Shown: one piece after another, positions 7,672-15,527 of the stretch | Position numbering within the stretch: position 1 is the first letter of the stretch | Layout of the letters: each line of letters opens with the position of its first letter | From: a virus | Direction: 5' to 3' (one strand) | DNA length: 40,932 bases | Virus genome (UHGV): UHGV-1367653 | Notes under the pieces: generated by a model | The model's input: the letters and a program-made list of their open reading frames with translations, nothing else | Database searches by the model: none | What the model was told of the DNA's origin: nothing | Program-made: the position numbers and the translations under genes

Positions 7672-8295
7672 ATGGCTTTGACTAAATCCCAGATTTTCAC
7701 GCTCATCGGGTCGAACCTGCCGGATAACACATCCGGTGCGATTACCCCGGCGAAACTGCGCGAAGTTGTAACCCAGATTGCCGATGCGCCTATTTACGCC
7801 GCTGCCGGTGTGAAAGAGGTTGAGGTATTACGCGCGGCATCTACCGCGACGCAAGCACCGTCCGCTGTCGACACGCCGTTACAGGTTTCTTTCGGCGCGG
7901 CGCAGGGTTCAGCATCGGACCCGGTTATGATTAACGCGGCAGGCACCGTAACATTCAACACCGCGGGTAACTACGCCATCCGTATTAAGTTGCAGAACGG
8001 GAGAACAGGGGCCACCGGTACATCTATTCTGTTTAGTAGGATTCTTCTTAACGGCGCGCAGATTGGCTCCGCCGCCGCAGTGAAGATGACACAGACCGAC
8101 GCCACAACGCCAAGTGAATCGCGCGTGGTAGTTAACCCAACGGCGGGGCAGACATTCCAGGTGCAGATTATGCGCGATAGCGCGGGTTCTAACTTTGGTG
8201 GTCTCTATCCGCAGACCGCTACGGTGGCCGCCTGGGGTGTCGCGCCGTCCGCGCTACTGGTTATCTCCCGTCTTGAACCGGTGCCATCGCCATGA
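7672..8295 (+). CDS. Hypothetical structural protein (207 aa)
   Basis: Position and translational coupling. Confidence 0.4.
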   Translation: MALTKSQIFTLIGSNLPDNTSGAITPAKLREVVTQIADAPIYAAAGVKEVEVLRAASTATQAPSAVDTPLQVSFGAAQGSASDPVMINAAGTVTFNTAGNYAIRIKLQNGRTGATGTSILFSRILLNGAQIGSAAAVKMTQTDATTPSESRVVVNPTAGQTFQVQIMRDSAGSNFGGLYPQTATVAAWGVAPSALLVISRLEPVPSP

Positions 8296-8651
8296 GTACC
8301 GCTTTCAGCAAGAAAATGCAGGGCGTAGCGACTCGCCTGCTAGGTAAATACGGCAGCACCGTAACGCTTATACGCGCCGGGTCGAAGGTCTGGAATCCTG
8401 TTACTGGAGAATACGAGTGGCAACCCGACACTCAGATTCCTCTTACTGCGGTTCCGGTGCCAATCAACGCGGCACTGGTAAATGGAACGACCATCCAGGC
8501 TGGTGATATGATTGTCAAAGCGGACTATAGCGTGCTGCCGAAGATGGAAGATAAAGTGGACTTTGGCGGCGAGCGCTGGTCAGTTGTCGCTATCGAACGC
8601 AAACAGGTGAACGACGACATCGTGGCCTGGTTTATTCAGGTGCGCAAATGA
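8292..8651 (+). CDS. Head-tail adaptor-like protein
   Basis: Coupled small ORF in the neck block. Confidence 0.35.
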   Translation: MSTAFSKKMQGVATRLLGKYGSTVTLIRAGSKVWNPVTGEYEWQPDTQIPLTAVPVPINAALVNGTTIQAGDMIVKADYSVLPKMEDKVDFGGERWSVVAIERKQVNDDIVAWFIQVRK

Positions 8652-9046
8652 GCAAGTTCACGCTGGACATTCAGGCTTTCGTCGCTAAGGCTAAGAAAAA
8701 TCCTGAAACAGTGATGCGTTCTGTATCACTGAAGCTGTTCAGCGCCATTATTAAGGCAAGCCCCGTTGACACCGGGCGGTTCCGCGGTAACTGGCAGACA
8801 ACCGGCGTTACTCCGGCCACAGGACTGATTGCAGGCGTCGACCCTACCGGGAATAAAGCCGTGAATAGCGCCGCAACGTTTATTACCAATGCGCCAGGCT
8901 GGGGCACATTCACCCTAACCAATAACCTGCCGTATGCCGAACGACTCGAATATGGCTGGTCGAAACAAGCGCCCGTCGGTATGGTTCGTGTTAATATAGC
9001 CAGGTTCCAGCAGTTAATTAATGAAGAGGCCGCGAAGGTACGATAA
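8648..9046 (+). CDS. HK97 gp10-like tail completion / neck protein
   Basis: N-terminal motif SPVDTGRFRGNW resembles the HK97 gp10 family. Confidence 0.45.
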   Translation: MSKFTLDIQAFVAKAKKNPETVMRSVSLKLFSAIIKASPVDTGRFRGNWQTTGVTPATGLIAGVDPTGNKAVNSAATFITNAPGWGTFTLTNNLPYAERLEYGWSKQAPVGMVRVNIARFQQLINEEAAKVR

Positions 9047-9462
9047 TGGCAAGTTACTTTGAAGACCTCACCAAAGCGTTCGACATCGCGCTGGTTAACT
9101 TCGGCAGCACGAATAGTATTGCCGTTGCACTGGAGAATATCGATGCGCCGACAAGCACCGCAACGCCGTATCTTGCGAGTTACATGCTTCTGGCCGACAC
9201 GGAACAGGCGGACCTGTTCTGGACGGAACAGCGCGCCGGAATTTACCAGATTGATATCAACGTTGCCTCCGCCAAAGGTAGCGCGCCAATCAATAAAATG
9301 GCAGACTTATTAAATACGGCGTTCAAGGCCGGAAACACGTTCCAGCGTAACGCTATCTGTGCCGAAGTGCAGTCGGTTAGCCTGGGGCCGCTGATTGTGG
9401 AAAACGGATGGGCGAAGCGCCCACTAACCATTAATTTCATTGCCTTCACTGCGAGGATATAA
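9046..9462 (+). CDS. Tail terminator-like protein
   Basis: It sits immediately upstream of the major tail protein. Confidence 0.35.
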   Translation: MASYFEDLTKAFDIALVNFGSTNSIAVALENIDAPTSTATPYLASYMLLADTEQADLFWTEQRAGIYQIDINVASAKGSAPINKMADLLNTAFKAGNTFQRNAICAEVQSVSLGPLIVENGWAKRPLTINFIAFTARI

Positions 9463-9464
9463 CG

Positions 9465-10637
9465 ATGGCACTGCAACCATACAAGGGCGCGAATACCGCA
9501 CAGTTCTACGTGCTTGAAACAACGCCTGGCGTTACCCCTACTTCTCCGAGCTGGTCACCGCTGCGTAATACTGGCGGTATTCCTGCCGTTACACGCGATG
9601 CGCTGGTTTCTAATGAGCTGGACGGCAGCCGCGAAACTTCCTCCATCCGTACCGGTAACAAACAGGTCACCGGTGAATACGCGATTGAACTGAGCGCGCA
9701 GAGCCAGGACGAACTGCTGGCTGGTGCGATGACAAGTTCCTGGGTTACAGGTGTTACCGGCTCCGGCGTATCTGTTGCCGTTGATGCTACCACCAAAACC
9801 TTCACCCGTTCCGCAGGTAACTATCTGACTGATGGTGTTGAAGTGGGCGACCTGATTCGCTTCTCAGACCTGCCAGGCGGAAACGGTAAACCGTTCATCG
9901 TAACCAGTGTTAACGACACCGTTGTCGCCGGGGCGGCGATTCCCGACGGCACCCTGACCACTGCGGCAGCCGCCACTACCGATTACCTTACCGGCGACAA
10001 GCTGGAAACTGGTAACCTATGTAAGACCTATTCTATCCTGACTTGGTTCAAAGGGCGCTGTGGCAGTGCGGACAGCTACGTCATTACCCGCGGTGTTGAG
10101 TTCTCCGGCTTCAGTATCGAGCAGGCTGTCAATGCAATGGTGACTGGTTCGTTCCCGTTCATTGGTCTGTCTCAAGAAATTCTGAGCGCGCCGCCTGCCG
10201 GGTCGACCTTCACGGTTAACTTCGACGCTGAGCCCTTCGCAAGCGTTGACGTGTCTGCGTTTAACGGCACAGCGCCGCTTAAGTTGATTGACACATTTAC
10301 CATTACCAACGATAACAGCGCGTCGGCGCAGTTCGAACTCGGCAATGATAGCGTGGCGTTTGTTGAGCGCGGCCGCGCCGCGAATACTTTCTCACTGGCG
10401 GGTAAGCTGTACGACATGACTCTGCTGAATCTGTTCCTGAACGAAACGCAGATTGAATTGACGTCTATTCTGGCAGGTCCGGACGGCGCGATGTCATTCA
10501 CGCTGAAACGAGCTGAACTTACGGCAGCCACTCCTGAAATTGGCGGGCCTGAATCGGTAACTTTATCTCTTGAAGGACAGGCTACTGGTAACGCGGTTCA
10601 GTCGTCCATTGTGATTCAGCGTATCGCCTATGCCTAA
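9465..10637 (+). CDS. Major tail (tube) protein
   Basis: 390 aa, followed by a terminator, upstream of the chaperones and tape measure. Confidence 0.6.
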   Translation: MALQPYKGANTAQFYVLETTPGVTPTSPSWSPLRNTGGIPAVTRDALVSNELDGSRETSSIRTGNKQVTGEYAIELSAQSQDELLAGAMTSSWVTGVTGSGVSVAVDATTKTFTRSAGNYLTDGVEVGDLIRFSDLPGGNGKPFIVTSVNDTVVAGAAIPDGTLTTAAAATTDYLTGDKLETGNLCKTYSILTWFKGRCGSADSYVITRGVEFSGFSIEQAVNAMVTGSFPFIGLSQEILSAPPAGSTFTVNFDAEPFASVDVSAFNGTAPLKLIDTFTITNDNSASAQFELGNDSVAFVERGRAANTFSLAGKLYDMTLLNLFLNETQIELTSILAGPDGAMSFTLKRAELTAATPEIGGPESVTLSLEGQATGNAVQSSIVIQRIAYA

Positions 10638-10641
10638 AATT

Positions 10642-10661
10642 AAGGCCCCTTTCGGGGCCTT
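10642..10661. terminator. Bidirectional terminator hairpin aggcccc-tttc-ggggcct
   Basis: It lies between the major tail stop (10637) and the convergent minus gene stop (10660). Confidence 0.6.
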
Positions 10662-10992
10662 ACTCTTGTTTGCCAATATCCCACCCACCTATTGCCATAA
10701 AGGCCATACTCAGACGCCCAGCATCCGGCAGGCCTCGCGAGCTTCTGTTAACCATAGAAAGCACGTATTCAATAGAAACGCCGTGGCGCGCAGCTTTTGC
10801 GGATGATTCGCATAAATTTATAGATTCTTCTTTAACCTGATTTGTTACATCAGGGCGTATTTCGCTCATGCGAATAAAACTTTCTGATTTGGCTTGTGGG
10901 TTAGAGGCCCATAAATCCTCACAAGGCGTAGCACCCGCCGCGAAGCTCAAAGCCATTGACGAACCAATCAGCACAGCAATTAACGTTTTCAT
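10660..10992 (-). CDS. Secreted periplasmic protein of unknown function, a moron inside the tail module (110 aa). It has a Sec signal peptide and no lipobox.
   Basis: Starts MKTLIAVLIGSSMALSFAAGA, then TPCED. It has 2 Cys, lies on the opposite strand to the flanking tail genes, and has its own promoter and an AGGAGA SD. Confidence 0.6.
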   Translation of the reverse strand: MKTLIAVLIGSSMALSFAAGATPCEDLWASNPQAKSESFIRMSEIRPDVTNQVKEESINLCESSAKAARHGVSIEYVLSMVNRSSRGLPDAGRLSMAFMAIGGWDIGKQE

Positions 10993-11019
10993 AATCTTTC
11001 TCCTGTAAGTGTTTAAACA

Positions 11020-11048
11020 ATACTATGCTATTGTTTTGAGCAATGCAA
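11020..11048 (-). promoter_or_regulatory. Sigma70-type promoter TTGCAT-N17-TAGTAT driving the moron, overlapped by the 8-bp inverted repeat AAACAATA-N6-TATTGTTT
   Basis: On the plus strand the hexamers read as atgcaa (11043-48) and atacta (11020-25). The inverted repeat spans 11015-11036. Confidence 0.55.
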
Positions 11049-11153
11049 GTGTTCTGGTAGAATAAATCTGCGCCTACTGTCGCCCAGGAAAAGCGGTTGG
11101 TTACCGCCTGGCGCTTTAGACAACCAATACCCTCTTAACCAAAGGATATATCG

Positions 11154-11570
11154 ATGGAACTGAAAGATTTCTTCTTCGCTGACAAACACGCTGCCGGAAC
11201 TGTTATGCCTATCCCGCTGCCGAACGGTGAAGATTCCGGCGAATGGCTGCGTGTTATTGGCCCCGCGTGCGATGACGGAGTTAAAGCCGGTCGCGATTAT
11301 TCTCGCGCCTACACGGCAATCCGCGAGGAACTTGCGCCACTGGATGCCGAGTGTAAAGCGAAAAATGATTGGTCCAGTTATAATGCAGAAATGAACTGGA
11401 AAGCTGATGAGCTTAACGACGCTCTGGCGGTTGCTACGGTTATCGGGTGGTCATTCGATGAACCATTTAGTAAAGATGCATTGAAAAAGCTACTTAACGA
11501 GTATAAGGGGCTTGGCACTATCGTAGCCAAGCACTTCCACGATAGCAGAAAATCTTTAGCGGAAAAGTAG
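11154..11570 (+). CDS. Tail assembly chaperone (lambda gpG-like)
   Basis: 138 aa and acidic, directly upstream of the tape measure. A -1 frame ORF continues from it. Confidence 0.6.
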   Translation: MELKDFFFADKHAAGTVMPIPLPNGEDSGEWLRVIGPACDDGVKAGRDYSRAYTAIREELAPLDAECKAKNDWSSYNAEMNWKADELNDALAVATVIGWSFDEPFSKDALKKLLNEYKGLGTIVAKHFHDSRKSLAEK

Positions 11571-11935
11571 ACGCGCTGTATGAGTATGCCCGCTGGAACT
11601 ATGTAGACCGTCAGAAGAAACAGAAGTTTGACGACATTTCGGCCGGGCATAAAGCTTTTATGGAAGCCATCGGGCAATTACCCACGGCAACCGTAAAAGA
11701 TGAGGCAGTACCAACCCTACCATGTATTTTTGTTGGTGTTTGGGATAAGTACCGTAACCTCAAATTCATACAGCGCAACACAGCAGACTCGCTGGTATTA
11801 TGCCCGCGTGATATGCTTAACTGGCAGGACCTGGTCGCGTATAAATCCATGACCGGGGAAACGATAAGCCTCCTCGAAACGGAGCTTATCATGGGTATAG
11901 ACGCTATATTCGAAGGGCGAGAAGATGGCTGATAC
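11154..11935 (+). CDS. Tail assembly chaperone G-T-like fusion, produced by a programmed -1 frameshift near GGAAAAG (11561-11567)
   Basis: The -1 frame is open from 11546 to ~11932 and overlaps the tape measure start. The G stop codon sits immediately after the candidate slippery site. Predicted fusion is ~258 aa. Confidence 0.5.
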
Positions 11936-14159
11936 AGCTTCGCTAATTGCGAGAGTAAAAACAGAAGGCGCGGAGCAGTCGGCCAAACAGCTCGACGATT
12001 TCGCCGCGTCCGCCGGAAAGGCGGACACATCGGCAACAAAGATGGCGTCTTCCGTCGATAAAGCCACTCCTAAATTAAAAGGCTTCGGCACCGGGGCGCA
12101 ACAAATCGGTTACCAGGTTCAGGACATGATTGTCCAGATTCAGGGTGGTACATCGGCTTTTGTAGCTATTGGCCAGCAGGGTTCTCAACTAGCGGGCGCG
12201 TTCGGCCCCGGCGGTGCAGTAATCGGCGCAATCATCGCCCTGTCTGCTGCCGTTGGCGGAACTCTGGTTAAATCCCTCGGTGGCGCTAAAGTAAGTTCTG
12301 AAGAGCTACAGGCGTCAACAAAAACGCTGGACGATGTTCTTCAGAAGAATAAAGACGGAGCTTATGAACTATCGGACAGCTTTGTTGAACTCGCCAATAA
12401 CATCGATACTGCGTCCCAAGCCCAGGCCAAATTCTACGAAGCGCAGTCGGCAGCCGTTACGCAGACTGAAGGCGCTAAAGAGGCTATATCTGATTTAGTA
12501 GACAGTCTTGATACCTGGTCCAATGGTTCCGCTATCGGCGCGCAACGTTCCCTCGAACTAGGCCAGCAGACGTCTTCGCTATCCGGCTATCTGCAAGACC
12601 TGTCCGATAAGTTTGGCATCACTAATGAAGAGGCTACAACTCTCGTTCCTTTGCTTGCTGCCGTGCAGAAGAATGCCTCCCCGGAAAATATCAAAGCGCT
12701 GTCTGATGAAACAGCCCGTCTTAACGATAAATATCAGGGAACCAATGACGAGCTCGTCAAGTTCAACGGCGAATTGTTCAAGAACATCGGCCGTATGCAG
12801 GACGCCGCTTCTAAATCTGATACCTTATCCGGTTCTCAGGACAAATTAGGCAGGGCCATTAACTCTACGACTCAGCGCCTGAAAGAGCAGAATGACCAGA
12901 TTATCAAGAATATTCAGATAGGTAATCTGGCTGACAAAGAGCGTTACGCGGCCCAAGCTAAAGCCGACAAAGAGGCTTTTGCTAAACGCGAAGGTGTGAC
13001 TAAAGAGCAGATAGACGCGTACAACGCGGCCCGCGACGAAGAAGCCCGGCAGGATATCCAACGAGTTACCGATACAGAGGCTAAAAAACTAAAAACAGAG
13101 CAAGAGTCCTCTGCGAAGCGTGCCGCCGCCGAAGCGCAGCGCGCGGATAACCAACGGCAGCAACGTGAGAAGCAGGCTCAGAACTTCCTCGATACGCTGG
13201 CCCGGCAGAACTCCGATGAACTTAAAGCTATAGACGCGCAGGAACAGCAGAAATTAGCCAAGCTTCAGGAGTTCCAGCAGACCGGCGCAATTAATGCGCA
13301 GCAGTTCGAAGAAGCTAAAACTAAAATTATGCTGGAGGCGGATACCGCCCGCCAGGAAGAGCTTGCCAAACGACAAGAAGAACAGCGCAAGAAAGACCAG
13401 AAAGGCGATGATTTCATGGCTCAGATTATGGGCCAGAACGCAACTGAGCTTGAACTATTCGACATTCAACAAAAACAGAAAGAAGAAATAGCCAAGCAAT
13501 ACCGTGACCAGGGAATTATCGACGAGGATGAATATCAGAAAGCGCTACTGGCTATCGCTGGTAACTACAACAAAAAGCGCCGCGACGAATACGCCAGCAT
13601 TCTTGGACAGACTACCGATGACCTGAAAACCGCGCTCGGCGAAGGTAACAAGGCCTACAAAGCTTTCGCCATTGCTAACGCTATCATGAACACATATCAA
13701 TCCGCCGTGGCCGCCTATCAATCTGCTGCGGCAATCCCGGTTATTGGTTGGGTGGCCGGTCCTGTAGCGGCCGCTGCTGCCGTTGCTGCGGGTCTTGCTA
13801 ACGTGGCCAAGATTCGTTCCGCGCGTGAACAGGGTGGCGCCTTATCCGCCGGGCAGATTTCAACTATCGCCGAACGTGGGCAGCCTGAAGTTATTATGCC
13901 CGCTGGCGCGTCGCGTGTGCGGACGGCACAACAGATGCGTCAAATTATGGGTGAAAACTCAGGTGGTAAATCCAGTGGCAACGACAGCGTAGTTATTGTC
14001 AACCAGACTACTGGCCGCATTGACTCCGCGCAGACAGAGCGCGATGATGAAGGGCGCTTACGCATTCTTATTCGCGAACTGGTATCCAGTGATTTGCAGG
14101 ACAGTAACTCCGATATTTCTAAATCCCGCCGCAGCACCCGCGGCCAGCCAGGACATTAA
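11925..14159 (+). CDS. Tail tape measure protein
   Basis: 744 aa, coiled-coil and Ala/Gln/Lys-rich, with a Gly/Ala-rich hydrophobic segment. Confidence 0.85.
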   Translation: MADTASLIARVKTEGAEQSAKQLDDFAASAGKADTSATKMASSVDKATPKLKGFGTGAQQIGYQVQDMIVQIQGGTSAFVAIGQQGSQLAGAFGPGGAVIGAIIALSAAVGGTLVKSLGGAKVSSEELQASTKTLDDVLQKNKDGAYELSDSFVELANNIDTASQAQAKFYEAQSAAVTQTEGAKEAISDLVDSLDTWSNGSAIGAQRSLELGQQTSSLSGYLQDLSDKFGITNEEATTLVPLLAAVQKNASPENIKALSDETARLNDKYQGTNDELVKFNGELFKNIGRMQDAASKSDTLSGSQDKLGRAINSTTQRLKEQNDQIIKNIQIGNLADKERYAAQAKADKEAFAKREGVTKEQIDAYNAARDEEARQDIQRVTDTEAKKLKTEQESSAKRAAAEAQRADNQRQQREKQAQNFLDTLARQNSDELKAIDAQEQQKLAKLQEFQQTGAINAQQFEEAKTKIMLEADTARQEELAKRQEEQRKKDQKGDDFMAQIMGQNATELELFDIQQKQKEEIAKQYRDQGIIDEDEYQKALLAIAGNYNKKRRDEYASILGQTTDDLKTALGEGNKAYKAFAIANAIMNTYQSAVAAYQSAAAIPVIGWVAGPVAAAAAVAAGLANVAKIRSAREQGGALSAGQISTIAERGQPEVIMPAGASRVRTAQQMRQIMGENSGGKSSGNDSVVIVNQTTGRIDSAQTERDDEGRLRILIRELVSSDLQDSNSDISKSRRSTRGQPGH

Positions 14160-14161
14160 TT

Positions 14162-14656
14162 ATGAGTGATTTACGGTTCCCGGCGGCGTTAAAGCCCATT
14201 GTCAATAAAGGCTATTCGCTCACCCGCGGCAACAACATTTTCCGTAATTCGGTACAAGGCGGCGCGCCACGGCAAGGGCGCGATACTTTCTTTGATGCTG
14301 TGCCTTTTAGCGTTGTGCTTGTAGTGTCGTCTTTAGGCCGCCAGGCATTCTATGCGTTTCTAAACCAGATAGACGGCGGCGCTAATTCGTTCATTATGCC
14401 GCTGGATAGTGGCACGGGTATTGAGGACCATCAGGTATGGATTAACAGTACCATCAGCGATAACACCGAAGACGGTAAAAACTGGGTTATATCCTTTACC
14501 CTAATGGCAGAACAGACGCCGAATCAGGTTGATACTTGTCTTACGGCCAACCTGCCGGATTTATTCGGCTGCTATGGGGATAACCTTAATTGCTTCCTTA
14601 AACAATACGGGATTGCACAATCCACTTTCCCGCGTATCTGGGACCCGATGCAATGA
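14162..14656 (+). CDS. Minor tail protein (gpM-like distal tail protein)
   Basis: Position after the tape measure. Confidence 0.5.
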   Translation: MSDLRFPAALKPIVNKGYSLTRGNNIFRNSVQGGAPRQGRDTFFDAVPFSVVLVVSSLGRQAFYAFLNQIDGGANSFIMPLDSGTGIEDHQVWINSTISDNTEDGKNWVISFTLMAEQTPNQVDTCLTANLPDLFGCYGDNLNCFLKQYGIAQSTFPRIWDPMQ

Positions 14657-15165
14657 GCCAGGAATCAGTAGAAGCTGCATATCGCCTTAAACTGGCGTCT
14701 AACCCTGAAGGCGAACTGGATTATCAGACCGTTGAGATAACGCACCCTCTGTTGAGTAAGCGTTATCTTATCGTTATGGGTACTAGCCCATTAACGGCAA
14801 CGCTTGAAACTGGTGAAACCGTTACTTTCGAGCCGTCGCCTATGGAGGTAAAATCAGCGGCTAATAACAATACGATGGACCAACAGGCGTCGTACACGCT
14901 GCCGGATGTTGGCAACCAGCTCGACGACGAGATGGACAGAATACCGCTAGATAACGAAGACTGGCCCGTGTTTACATTCCGCGCTTTCGTGAGCACAGAT
15001 TTGTCTTATCCTGCGCAGGGCCCGGTGTCTTATGACTTACAAGCACTATCCCAATCAAAGGGAGTATTCACTGCCGATGTTGGCGTTCCGCGCCTCAATG
15101 AGCGACCGACCGGTATTCTTATGACGCCCGATGTAATACCTCTTTTGCGGGGTCTGATATCGTGA
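14653..15165 (+). CDS. Minor tail protein (gpL-like)
   Basis: Position; translationally coupled. Confidence 0.5.
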   Translation: MSQESVEAAYRLKLASNPEGELDYQTVEITHPLLSKRYLIVMGTSPLTATLETGETVTFEPSPMEVKSAANNNTMDQQASYTLPDVGNQLDDEMDRIPLDNEDWPVFTFRAFVSTDLSYPAQGPVSYDLQALSQSKGVFTADVGVPRLNERPTGILMTPDVIPLLRGLIS

Positions 15166-15527
15166 ACATCAGCAGCTATACAGGTCGGCGGTATGACTTT
15201 CGCAATTATAACTGCTGGCATCATGTACGCGCCGTTCGGGAGGGCGCCGGTATTAAAACACCGGCCTTTGATGTCCTTACGCCGTTACAGATAAACCGGG
15301 CGTTTGATGATGGGCACACAGATAGCAAAGGTCTTGTGCGCGTCGATTCCCCTGAGAATTATGATGCCGTGTTGATGGGTGTACCCCACGGCCGCCGGAT
15401 TGTATGGCACGCGGGCGTATACTTTGAAGGTAATGTGTCACATTGCGACAGACACGCCAAACAGGTTAAACTCGAATCATTAACCGATATTAAATCTAAA
15501 TTCAGCGAGATAGAGTTTTGGCGATGA
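15162..15527 (+). CDS. Tail assembly protein with an NlpC/P60-like domain (gpK-like)
   Basis: Cys-His-His candidates: NCWHHV, VWHAGVY, SHCDRH. GTG start. Confidence 0.6.
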   Translation: MNISSYTGRRYDFRNYNCWHHVRAVREGAGIKTPAFDVLTPLQINRAFDDGHTDSKGLVRVDSPENYDAVLMGVPHGRRIVWHAGVYFEGNVSHCDRHAKQVKLESLTDIKSKFSEIEFWR

